A stretch of 64,000 bases of DNA from Oligoflexia bacterium (GTDB lineage Bacteria > Bdellovibrionota > Bdellovibrionia > JABDDW01). Position numbers and translations under genes: made by a program. The DNA lies in contig JAYTHU010000102.1 of NCBI GenBank assembly GCA_043732305.1, positions 1 through 64,000 on the forward strand. The letters are read 5' to 3'. Below the pieces are notes generated by a model, which was not told the origin of the DNA, did no database searches, and saw nothing but the letters and a program-made list of their open reading frames with translations. Positions 19,962-29,358 of the stretch are shown here, one piece after another (the first letter of the stretch is position 1; every line of letters begins with the position of its first letter).

Positions 19962-21536
19962 ATGTCACAAACAGATTTTCTTGTTATTGGTTCAGGCATA
20001 GCGGGACTTTTCTTTTCCCTCAAAGCCTCTCGCCTCGGCGAAGTAACAATTATTGCCAAAGACCTAGCCGGATCCACCAGCACGGCCCTCGCTCAAGGGG
20101 GAATAGCCAGCGTCACCGACAGCGATGACAGTTTTGCAAATCACGCCCGCGACACACTTGTTGCTGGAGCTGGCCTCTGTAAAAAAGACGTTGTGGAGAT
20201 GTGCGTGGAACAGGCTCCCGCTCGAATCCAAGATCTTGTCGATATGGGAGTTGAATTTGACAAAGAAGGCACAGGATTTGAATTGCACCGCGAAGGCGGA
20301 CATTCACATCGGCGTATATTACATAATTTTGATCAAACAGGTCTAGCCATTCAAAAAGCTCTTCTTGAATTGTGTCGAAAAAATCCCAAAATTAAAATCG
20401 TTGAAGATCATATGGCTGTCGATTTGATTTTAGAAAAGAAACTCAACCCACTCAAACCCAATGCCGCATGTTTAGGCGCATATATTTTAGACATCAAAAC
20501 TGGACAGGTAAAGACGTTTACAGCTCGGTTCACCGTGCTGGCTACCGGCGGTGCAGGAAAAGTTTATCTCTACACTTCCAATTGGGAAGGCGCCACGGGA
20601 GACGGTATCGCCATGGCCAAACGAGCGGGCTGTCATGTCGCCAACATGGAATTTTTGCAGTTCCATCCGACTTGTCTTTATCATCCCCACGCCCGAAATT
20701 TTTTAATCACTGAGGCCTTGCGTGGAGAAGGTGGAAAACTTATTGACGGAAATGGCCGCGCGTTCATGAGCGAGTATCATCCACTTGCGGATCTCGCCCC
20801 AAGAGATATCGTTGCCCGAGCCATTGACAATGAAATGAAAAAATCGGGACAGAACAGTGTCTTTTTAGATGTCACCCATCTTGGACTAGATAAACTTAAA
20901 AATCATTTTCCAGCTATTTATGAACGCTGCTTGAAATTAGGAATTGATATCGCGATCGAACCTATTCCCGTTGTTCCTGCCGCCCACTATCTTTGCGGTG
21001 GCGTCGAAACGGATAAAAACGGCGCTACGGAAATTCCACGTCTTTTTGCACTCGGTGAAACTGCCTGCACGGGACTTCACGGAGCAAACAGACTGGCGAG
21101 CAATTCACTTTTAGAGGCAACGGTTTTTGCCCACAATGCCGTGGGATATATTGAAGAAAATTTTATAAAATATGAACTTTCAAAATCAACAGTTGCTCCT
21201 TGGGACAGTGGGAGTGCCGTTGACCTAGATGAAAATATTATGATTGCGCACAATTGGGATGAGATCAGACGCCTGATGTGGAATTACGTTGGTATTGTTC
21301 GTTCTAATAAAAGATTGGAACGCGCCCGGCACCGGATCAAAACTTTGCAAGCAGAAATCAAAGATTACTACTGGGATTTCAAGGTAACTAAAGACTTACT
21401 TGAACTGCGCAATATTGCTTTGATCGCTGAACTCATGATCGAGTCCGCAAGTTCACGTCATGAAAGTCGCGGGATTCATTTCAATATTGATTATCCAAAA
21501 ACGGATGACAAATTTCTGCACGATACTGTTTTATAA
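19962..21536 (+). CDS. nadB: L-aspartate oxidase
   Basis: GSGIAG, AQGGIA, REGGHSHRRI.H, QFHPT, LAPRDIVARAI, PAAHY.CGG, TGLHGANRLASNSLLE, ESRG.H. Confidence 0.96.
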   Translation: MSQTDFLVIGSGIAGLFFSLKASRLGEVTIIAKDLAGSTSTALAQGGIASVTDSDDSFANHARDTLVAGAGLCKKDVVEMCVEQAPARIQDLVDMGVEFDKEGTGFELHREGGHSHRRILHNFDQTGLAIQKALLELCRKNPKIKIVEDHMAVDLILEKKLNPLKPNAACLGAYILDIKTGQVKTFTARFTVLATGGAGKVYLYTSNWEGATGDGIAMAKRAGCHVANMEFLQFHPTCLYHPHARNFLITEALRGEGGKLIDGNGRAFMSEYHPLADLAPRDIVARAIDNEMKKSGQNSVFLDVTHLGLDKLKNHFPAIYERCLKLGIDIAIEPIPVVPAAHYLCGGVETDKNGATEIPRLFALGETACTGLHGANRLASNSLLEATVFAHNAVGYIEENFIKYELSKSTVAPWDSGSAVDLDENIMIAHNWDEIRRLMWNYVGIVRSNKRLERARHRIKTLQAEIKDYYWDFKVTKDLLELRNIALIAELMIESASSRHESRGIHFNIDYPKTDDKFLHDTVL

Positions 21537-21552
21537 ATCCATTTTTTAGGAT

Positions 21553-23481
21553 TTAGTTTTTATTGATTGGGTTGTGATCGTAACCGTAGGCCTTGGGATT
21601 AAAGCTGATCACGCTTCCAGAAATAAAATTCATTAGATAAGTATTGGATTGCCCAACTATTCGGCCATTCAAATCATGAAGGTGCCAGAAGTCCACTCCA
21701 CTATCGTAGATTTTTTTGAGATCTTGAAGTTCTACATCTATATTCGCTCGCAAATTCATATTGATGTCGCAAGGAGTATTGTCTTTTAAATTTTTATTAC
21801 AAACCTTCGCCAAAGTTCCTTGCCCACGATTATAAGATGCGACGGCCATCTTGACATCGCCGTTCCACATTTTAAGAAGATCTTTAAAATATCTTTTGGC
21901 TGCCAATGTGGAATGTTCAGGATTCCAAATGTTTTCATCTTTTTTCAGATACGCCTTGCGAGTGCCGGGAACCATTTGCCAGAGCCCTTCGTCATCCTTA
22001 GCCCCAATCGCCAGCGGATTGTAAGTCGATTCGATAACGGAAATCCAAGACCAGATGGCTGGAAATTTATCCGGACCTTGGCGCAAAGTAGAAATAATTT
22101 TATCTGAAACGACGGATTGTTTGTCACTGCAACCAGCATCTTTATCCTGGCACGAAAGAAAAATATTTAGCTGACTTGAGTAAGTGCTTTTCACAGGCAA
22201 CATTTTTGTGCCGTCCGCAGAAAGTTTGGAAAATGAATTTTTCATGTAATCCAAAAGTTGAGGCTGATTAGCGTCGGCTAGAATCTGTTGCACGATCCAA
22301 TGTGCGGCGGGATCCGCAACAACTTGAGGAGAGTTCCCCGATGGCTGAGTCAAGAAAGGGAGTTCTGGTGGAGCGATCAATATGGGCGATGGCGGAGGGA
22401 ACAAACGAGGAGGCGCAACCAAGCTTATTTTTTCTGATGCAAGCTCGTGAACATAAAAGAAAAATGACACAGGAGGAACTACCTCAGGAAGTACCACTGA
22501 AGGTTTTGCAACGGGCTTTGTTGTTGGGGTTGCGGGAACTTTAATTTGAGGTTTGGTTGCGACGGGTGCTGACGCAATTAAGGGGGCGGGCAATACTGCC
22601 AGTACTGGAGCAGAGATCTGATCACTCACTTTGAACATCAGTTCATTACCGCGAGCTCCATCAGAATTTCCCATCAACTCAATCTGTTTACCTAAAGAAG
22701 CAAATACACCTTGAGATTCTGTTTTTGCATAACCTTCGTTGGTATCGAGCAAATCACCTTGAAGCGATCCATCGTCCACATTGATCACGTAAAAGGAACG
22801 ACCACCAGGATAAATGGCCGTAGAGATTCGAGAAACCTTGGTTTCACCTTTTTGAATTTTGCTGATCCAGCTCTGAGCCGCAGAATTAAGAGATTTTATT
22901 TCGTCAGCATTGGGTGCGATCACACTCAGCACACGAATGTCAGAATGGATGAGTATCTTTGCTTTGTGACCCGCTGAATCTATGAGTGATCCTTCAATGA
23001 CGGTTCGTGCATTGTCGACTGGATTGACAAACATTTTAAGGTCTGGTCTTTCCAAAGATTTCAGCTCGCTCGAAAAGCTCGTGCCATCAGGAATCAATGA
23101 ACCGCCAAAAACTATCGGCTTTTCGACACCAGCCCACTTCAAAGTGATTAAAATTTTATTTTCGGAGATCTGGGTTTTAGCTGATTCGATCAATTGCGCG
23201 AAACTTCGATTTTCAGAATTATCTTCGATATCCCTAGTCACTGCATTGAGAGTGTCTTCATCTATAAAATTTGTGTAGGACCGACCATCCGTGGTTTGGC
23301 CACCTGTTAGATCTTTTCTCTTTTCGGTTGTATTAGAATTTAGGCTGGAATCGGTATCTGTATGAGCGGAAGAATTACCGGTTTTACTGGTCTGAGTTGT
23401 ACCCGAAAGATCGCCTTTGCCGCAAGCCACTAGGCCCAGGAGAGAAAAGGTCATCAATATTTGGGGCAAAACCGTCTTCAT
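21553..23481 (-). CDS. Lipoprotein with a C-terminal lytic transglycosylase (SLT/MltD-like) domain
   Basis: Lipobox LVAC and Pro-rich linker. IESTYNP (catalytic Glu), GLWQM.PGT, AVASYN.G. Confidence 0.88.
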   Translation of the reverse strand: MKTVLPQILMTFSLLGLVACGKGDLSGTTQTSKTGNSSAHTDTDSSLNSNTTEKRKDLTGGQTTDGRSYTNFIDEDTLNAVTRDIEDNSENRSFAQLIESAKTQISENKILITLKWAGVEKPIVFGGSLIPDGTSFSSELKSLERPDLKMFVNPVDNARTVIEGSLIDSAGHKAKILIHSDIRVLSVIAPNADEIKSLNSAAQSWISKIQKGETKVSRISTAIYPGGRSFYVINVDDGSLQGDLLDTNEGYAKTESQGVFASLGKQIELMGNSDGARGNELMFKVSDQISAPVLAVLPAPLIASAPVATKPQIKVPATPTTKPVAKPSVVLPEVVPPVSFFFYVHELASEKISLVAPPRLFPPPSPILIAPPELPFLTQPSGNSPQVVADPAAHWIVQQILADANQPQLLDYMKNSFSKLSADGTKMLPVKSTYSSQLNIFLSCQDKDAGCSDKQSVVSDKIISTLRQGPDKFPAIWSWISVIESTYNPLAIGAKDDEGLWQMVPGTRKAYLKKDENIWNPEHSTLAAKRYFKDLLKMWNGDVKMAVASYNRGQGTLAKVCNKNLKDNTPCDINMNLRANIDVELQDLKKIYDSGVDFWHLHDLNGRIVGQSNTYLMNFISGSVISFNPKAYGYDHNPINKN

Positions 23482-23644
23482 ACATCCTCAGATTTAGAAC
23501 ATCTAAGAAATAGATATTCAATTCTGAGACCAACTTCTCATCTTATAAGTCAGTAGTTTCCATATGGAAAACAATAGGATCTATTAAGCCACACTCGCGG
23601 AAATAGTGACGATTTCCGGCTCTCGAAGGCTTATTGTGGGAAAG

Positions 23645-24259
23645 TTATTGCGGGAAAATCAAGTAGGCGGCGCCTAGTGTGCTTGCCAAGGTAAGAGTCA
23701 CTGGCTTTTCCATGGCGTCATCAAGCTTCACAGGAAAAGTGACCATGTACTGCTTGCTCCATGGAGTGAGATACGGATAGCGATTTAAAAGAGCGTCACG
23801 TTTGTCAAAAACAAGTTTGATCGACTTAGGCATAACGCGTTTACCGTTAACATCGAGAAAAATATTCCAAGATGTTTTTGGCTTATTGAGATCATTCGTT
23901 TCAGTTTTATCGGTGTAGAGAGCAACAAAAAAAGACGTTTCAGTTTTTGAATCATCATCGGCTTTTTTTCGAAGGTCCAGATATTGATCTTTGGTCAAAT
24001 GGGCAGTTCGAGCATCTCGAAAAACTTGATGATTGAGAATCTCGGAAGAAAGCATGGTCGACGAAACTTGAAATGTAGAAACGATCCCGCTGTAAACTTT
24101 TGCTTCAGAGGTCCATTTTTGAATGATGTCAGTGTAATCCCCCATGGGAACAGTGGCGTCACCGATCACGTAACGATTTTCTGGAGTCGTGCAGGCAGCA
24201 CATACAGTTAACCATGCCGCAAGAGAAAGTAAAAATCTTAGTTTTGGTATATTCATCAT
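23645..24259 (-). CDS. Hypothetical lipoprotein
   Basis: Lipobox-like CAAC. Lies 2 nt downstream of pyrE on the same strand. Confidence 0.75.
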   Translation of the reverse strand: MMNIPKLRFLLSLAAWLTVCAACTTPENRYVIGDATVPMGDYTDIIQKWTSEAKVYSGIVSTFQVSSTMLSSEILNHQVFRDARTAHLTKDQYLDLRKKADDDSKTETSFFVALYTDKTETNDLNKPKTSWNIFLDVNGKRVMPKSIKLVFDKRDALLNRYPYLTPWSKQYMVTFPVKLDDAMEKPVTLTLASTLGAAYLIFPQ

Positions 24260-24261
24260 AC

Positions 24262-24834
24262 TTAAGAAAGTATCATTTGTTTAGTCACAATGGAATCAAA
24301 GGAAAGTCCAGCAGCCCTGATATTTTCTGCTCCACCCTCTTGTCGATCGAATCCAGTGATCACGCCCGCTACTTCCAATCCCCCTAGACGCGCACGCTCT
24401 ACACTTTTCAGAGTGGATCCACCAGTAGTGACAACGTCTTCTAAAATCACAATCTGATCACCCGCAGTAAAGTTCTTCATGCCCTCAAGCCAGGATTGAG
24501 TGCCGTGAGTTTTCGGTTCTTTGCGAATGTAAACGGCAAACAAAGGTTGGGACCAGTCGTGGCTGATCATGGAAACTCCCGTGGAAAGAGGATCTGCTCC
24601 CATTGTGAGTCCACCGACTCCCTTGATTTTCATGCGAATGGCTCTCATCGCTTCCACCTTTTCCGAAATAAGTTGGCTAAAAAGCCAAATGCCTTCGGGG
24701 TGCAGCAAAACATTTTTTAGATCGACGTAAAAGTCACTTTTTTTGCCAGAGGCGAGAGTCACTTCACGTTTCTCATAGCTGAGAGTGCGAATGAGTTGAA
24801 CAAGTTTGGGAAGACGTTCTTGTTTTGAAATCAT
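24262..24834 (-). CDS. pyrE: Orotate phosphoribosyltransferase
   Basis: TLASGKKSDFYVD, GGLTMGADP, RKEPKTHGT, ILEDVVTTGGS, DRQEGG. Start 24834 gives an ATGA overlap with the upstream gene. Confidence 0.95.
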   Translation of the reverse strand: MISKQERLPKLVQLIRTLSYEKREVTLASGKKSDFYVDLKNVLLHPEGIWLFSQLISEKVEAMRAIRMKIKGVGGLTMGADPLSTGVSMISHDWSQPLFAVYIRKEPKTHGTQSWLEGMKNFTAGDQIVILEDVVTTGGSTLKSVERARLGGLEVAGVITGFDRQEGGAENIRAAGLSFDSIVTKQMILS

Positions 24835-25667
24835 AGAACTTCCTTTATCCATGTTACGGCATCGGAGAGCGGCTCTTGGCGACCGAGTTCATTATAAATT
24901 TCGTGATAGAACTTCTCGTAGATTTTTATTTTCTTCTTTTGACCAGGAACCATTTTATAAAATTGCTCACTCTCGGGTCGACTCACAATTCGATCATCAC
25001 CTGCAAGTTGAAAATAAGAAGGAGATGGCATTTTATCTACGTTCTTAAAACAAAAATCAATGCTTTCAAGCATACTTAAGTAAAGACCGGGGGAGACACG
25101 CGAATGCCGGAGACTATCTTTTTCATAGCTATTTAAAACATTTTGATCATGAGTAAGAAAATTTGCAGGCACTTCGTTGTACAAAGTGATTTGAGGAAGT
25201 ACTGCACCTAAAAATTTCGCGCTTTTTTTCTTCCACGCTGGGATCGGAACGTTCACACCTAAAAAAGGTGAACTCAGTAAAACACCGAGGGCTTTTCCTA
25301 GAGTGTTTCGCAGCAGATATTTGATGAGGACAAGTGCGCCGAGAGAGTGTCCCATGAAAAAATAAGGTGTTGCGGGAAAACGTTCGTTCATTCGTTGCGT
25401 GAAGATTTTGAGATCAAGCACATATTCGTCAATGGTACCGACGCCGCGCTTGCCCTCGCTCTTGCCGTGCCCACGATGATCAAACATAGCAAGCTGGATT
25501 CCATTTTTTCCCAACTCATCGGCCAGAAAATGATAGACCCCGGAATGTTCACCTAGACCATGGGCACCAATAACCAAGGCTTTTGGATTTTCCACAGACC
25601 AAATCTGGAAAAATATTTCCGTGTCGTCAAAGCTTTTAAAACGACCTTCATCAATTGTATTATTCAT
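24831..25667 (-). CDS. Alpha/beta hydrolase (lysophospholipase/monoacylglycerol lipase family)
   Basis: HGLGEHSG, DHRGHGKS, nucleophile GHSLG, D.IV, HEIYNE. Confidence 0.92.
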   Translation of the reverse strand: MNNTIDEGRFKSFDDTEIFFQIWSVENPKALVIGAHGLGEHSGVYHFLADELGKNGIQLAMFDHRGHGKSEGKRGVGTIDEYVLDLKIFTQRMNERFPATPYFFMGHSLGALVLIKYLLRNTLGKALGVLLSSPFLGVNVPIPAWKKKSAKFLGAVLPQITLYNEVPANFLTHDQNVLNSYEKDSLRHSRVSPGLYLSMLESIDFCFKNVDKMPSPSYFQLAGDDRIVSRPESEQFYKMVPGQKKKIKIYEKFYHEIYNELGRQEPLSDAVTWIKEVL

Positions 25668-25757
25668 TGAACTTGATTATAGCGAGGCTTAGGTCTAAAT
25701 CCATGGAAAAAATCAATAATCTCTTAGAATTACCTCGCAGCCAGCCGAATCATAGAC

Positions 25758-26372
25758 ATGAGATGGCAACTGAGATTGGGCAGCGTTTTACTTTTCGTGG
25801 TTTATTTATTCGGAATTCAAATTTCGCAGGCCTTTGCACAACAACAAAAAGAAGAAAAAGATGGCTTGCCCCCCAGGTACGCAGCCCAACGTAAAGAAGC
25901 GAGCTTCTTCTGCGGTCCTTTCTTGCCCAATCAAATAAAGGGAATCACCGAGCTAATGACACTTTGCGGAGCGCGACTCGGATTCAAAATCAACGACAAC
26001 ACTTGGCTTGAATCATCGTTCATATCTGGATCCGGAAGTGCCCAACAATATAAAATCGGATCACTGAGTTTCAGAACAGATGTTGCCTATGACGATATCA
26101 TTGCTTCATTCAATATCGGCGGAGATGTGCACATGGCCACGCAACCATTATATGATGCTTTTGGAAACACCAGTGGTGATCAGTCAAATATTTACCTTGG
26201 TGGCCACGCGGGCGGATCACTTTGGGCAAAAATCAACGACGCTCTTTATTTGCGAACCGATATGACATTCAACTTCAGTCCTGGAACGTCGTTATTTATT
26301 GGATTTGGATTAGTGTTTCGCTTTGATCCTGGATCAGGCGGTCAAGATTCCGGTAGCTCAAGTCAGCACTAA
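25758..26372 (+). CDS. Small outer-membrane beta-barrel protein
   Basis: Signal peptide ending AFA, alternating beta-strand pattern, final strand FGLVFRF followed by a short tail. Confidence 0.7.
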   Translation: MRWQLRLGSVLLFVVYLFGIQISQAFAQQQKEEKDGLPPRYAAQRKEASFFCGPFLPNQIKGITELMTLCGARLGFKINDNTWLESSFISGSGSAQQYKIGSLSFRTDVAYDDIIASFNIGGDVHMATQPLYDAFGNTSGDQSNIYLGGHAGGSLWAKINDALYLRTDMTFNFSPGTSLFIGFGLVFRFDPGSGGQDSGSSSQH

Positions 26373-29358
26373 CAAAACTAACCGATCTCAATGGAAGCAC
26401 TTCCACCTGCCCTGATTGTGGCAAAAGCACGGCTAAATTTATTTTGTTCCATGGAACTCCAGATTTATGAACAGCTAAAGCATAAAATTCCAATTGGCTA
26501 TGAACCTTTTCCTTGAGTTGACTCGTGATTTTTAGAGCACTTTTGTAGTCGACAATCCAAACTTTTCCGTCAACCTCACCCCAAATATCAATGCGACCAG
26601 AATAATACTGTCCAGCATTTTTGAAAGTGAATCCCCACTCGGTAAATCCAGTTTTCAGAAGCTCACCCATGGGAGGAACCAGAATATTCAAAGTTTGTTC
26701 GATGGCGGATTTATTCATTTCATCTTTAAGACCAAAGCGATCTTGTGCACGAATGCAAAGTTCGTCGAGGTTCACATTCTGAAAGCGCCTGAGTTCTTCA
26801 AAAACATAATGGAGCGCGAGACCGCACTGCTGGGATTTTAAAACGTTAGGGATATGGTCAAAATCTAGATCAGATAAAAAAGTATCATGACTTTCGACGG
26901 ATAGAAGTTCTGTCTCTTCTACTAAGTTTGTTTTAAAAGGAAGCGAACGTTCGGCGTTTGCAAGTCCAAGATCTTTGCTTTCGAAAGCCGCCATGGGCTC
27001 TAAATTTTCGCCTACATGTGACACCTCATAACAACTGTCATGAATGCCTTCTTCCCAATTCAAAGCGAGCGGTGCAAGCCAAGATTGCGCTCCAAATTCT
27101 TTTTCAGAAATCAGGCAGAGTCTTCGAGCCGCTCTTGTCACTGCAACATAAAAAAGACGGGAAGCCTCCTTCACTTCTCTCTCGGCGCGTTGGGCTTTAA
27201 GAAAAACCATTGCCATTGGAGAAACTTTTTCTTCTGAACTTGAGTGCATGACTTGAGAGGCCCACTCCCCGTCAGGAGCAAATTCAAGACGCTGATGTTT
27301 GACGGAATAACTCTTTCCACATTTGGGCAAGATTACCGCGTTGAATTTGAGCCCTTTGCTTTTATGAATAGTCATAATATTTATGCGCTTTGGTTGAATA
27401 AATCCAGGAGCTTCGTTCTCGTCACCTTCATCATCGACTTCTTCCCAAGCTCTTTGAATAAAACGAGAAGCCGAAAATCCAGGTTTAGTTTCCGCCTGTC
27501 TTAAAGAAGAAACTAATTTTCTTAAGTTAGCTTCGCGCTTTCCACTCGCATCTTCAATTGTGCAGAATTCAAAAAATCCTAACTTGATAAGCAATTTCTC
27601 AAATAAGACACTCAGCGGAAGCTTAAGAGTTAGATCACGTCCAAGTTTCAATGTTTTAAGTTGAGAATCCCCGGCTGCGAAATCCCAGATGGAGATTTTT
27701 TTGATCTTTGCGCCTTGAGCCATTCTTACAATTTCAGGATCTGCGATATTTATCCAAGGTGATCTTAGCAAGGTGATCAATATTTGATTGTCATGAGGAG
27801 TGACTAGAAAACTCAAAAGGCAGAGAGCGTCTATAACTTCGCGCTTATCGTAAAATCCACCGGTGGTGTGTACAAAAACAGGAAATTTACGACCACTAAG
27901 TTCGATGGCCAGATTTTTAGCTTCGCGATTAGTTCTCACTAAAATAGCGATATCTTGAAATTCAAGACCTTCCGACAACCAACTCTGAATTTGTTTTTGA
28001 ATAAGATCCCCCTCGCTCACATTTTTTCCGTGAAGATAAATATGGGTAAGGATCTTTCCTTCGATTTCACCCACCGCTTCAAGTGGAGGGAAAATTAAAT
28101 TCATGAATTTTAAAAGATCGGGTTTGCTTCGATAGTTAGTTTCAAGCTTTAGAATTTCTCCAGCGCGAGCGGCAATTTCTTTTTTTGTTTCTTCGAAAAC
28201 ATTTAGGGCTGCTCCTCTAAATAAATAAATACTCTGCTGAGGATCTCCCACAAAATATCCATTCCAAGGCTCGCGGAGAAACGAAAAAATTAATTTTTTC
28301 TGAAGAGGACTCGTGTCTTGAAATTCATCTACAAACCAGTAATCGTAAAATCGACTTACCTTAAGTTTAACTTGCGGAAATTCTTCAATCAATTCTGCAG
28401 TGAGAAACTCGAGATCGGAAAAGCTCAATAATCCCTGACTTTTTTTGACAAGCTGAATCTCCATAAAAACTTTGCGAGCCAATGTTTCCCAAAGTTCTGC
28501 CATTTCCAGAAACTTCAAATTCACATCCGGATCAAAAGCGTGTTCCTGCCATTTATCTCTGATTTCGAAAACCGTTCCGAGTGGCTCTTTAAGATGAGCG
28601 CCGCGTTTGGTTGGAGTCTGTTTTCTTACACCTTCAAGGGCCTCAAGAAAATTTTTGCGCGAAGATACATATTCACCAGATTGTATCGCCTGAGAAGTCC
28701 ATAGATTTTTAAGGATAATAGTGAGCTCCAAAAGCTTCGGCGGTAAATCATCCCCTGAATCTTCAGCGATTATTTTAGCAGCTTTTAAAAGTTCGACAAG
28801 ACTGGCGTCCAACTCTTCTTTCCAATGCGCTCGCGGCTTGGCGGTGTCTTTGAACATTCGATAATGATCAAAAAGTCTCTCAACAATGGCCAATGATTCT
28901 TCAAACCCAAACTGATCTAAGATATTTCCAATATCGGGAAATGCTGAGATCGTGCTGCGCAAAGCATTTTTTAAAAGTGCTTGCTCCTCGTCTATTTTAA
29001 GAATTTTAAATTCTGGGTCGAGACCTAATAGTGATCCCGACCCATGGAGAATTTTCGAAAACACTCCGTGAATAGTTAAAATCTGTAACCGCTCGGGGTC
29101 TTGCACAAAATCCTTCAACCACGCAAGTTCGAGAGATGTATTTCTAATAACTTCGTCATCGGCGACTTTAATCACTCGCTCACGCAGTTCGGCTGTCGCT
29201 CTTTCGGTAAAAGTTGTAGCAATCAGTCGAGGAATTTTTCCAGTTTCAGCATACAGAGTTCTTGCCACAAAAATAATTTCTCGAGCGAGGCTTTCTGTTT
29301 TTCCGGTGCCGGCTCCCGCCTGCACTATTTTTGCTACAACAATTGATGATTTCTGCAT
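26296..29358 (-). CDS. addA: AddA-like UvrD helicase/nuclease
   Basis: AGAGTGKT, TFTERAT.ELRER, VDEFQDTS, VGDPQQSIY.FRGA, TIHKSKGL, YVAVTRA, and C-terminal RID...IVDYKS. Confidence 0.9.
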   Translation of the reverse strand: MQKSSIVVAKIVQAGAGTGKTESLAREIIFVARTLYAETGKIPRLIATTFTERATAELRERVIKVADDEVIRNTSLELAWLKDFVQDPERLQILTIHGVFSKILHGSGSLLGLDPEFKILKIDEEQALLKNALRSTISAFPDIGNILDQFGFEESLAIVERLFDHYRMFKDTAKPRAHWKEELDASLVELLKAAKIIAEDSGDDLPPKLLELTIILKNLWTSQAIQSGEYVSSRKNFLEALEGVRKQTPTKRGAHLKEPLGTVFEIRDKWQEHAFDPDVNLKFLEMAELWETLARKVFMEIQLVKKSQGLLSFSDLEFLTAELIEEFPQVKLKVSRFYDYWFVDEFQDTSPLQKKLIFSFLREPWNGYFVGDPQQSIYLFRGAALNVFEETKKEIAARAGEILKLETNYRSKPDLLKFMNLIFPPLEAVGEIEGKILTHIYLHGKNVSEGDLIQKQIQSWLSEGLEFQDIAILVRTNREAKNLAIELSGRKFPVFVHTTGGFYDKREVIDALCLLSFLVTPHDNQILITLLRSPWINIADPEIVRMAQGAKIKKISIWDFAAGDSQLKTLKLGRDLTLKLPLSVLFEKLLIKLGFFEFCTIEDASGKREANLRKLVSSLRQAETKPGFSASRFIQRAWEEVDDEGDENEAPGFIQPKRINIMTIHKSKGLKFNAVILPKCGKSYSVKHQRLEFAPDGEWASQVMHSSSEEKVSPMAMVFLKAQRAEREVKEASRLFYVAVTRAARRLCLISEKEFGAQSWLAPLALNWEEGIHDSCYEVSHVGENLEPMAAFESKDLGLANAERSLPFKTNLVEETELLSVESHDTFLSDLDFDHIPNVLKSQQCGLALHYVFEELRRFQNVNLDELCIRAQDRFGLKDEMNKSAIEQTLNILVPPMGELLKTGFTEWGFTFKNAGQYYSGRIDIWGEVDGKVWIVDYKSALKITSQLKEKVHSQLEFYALAVHKSGVPWNKINLAVLLPQSGQVEVLPLRSVSFVSADLSYRNLDRLIQDQSETLIQIQ

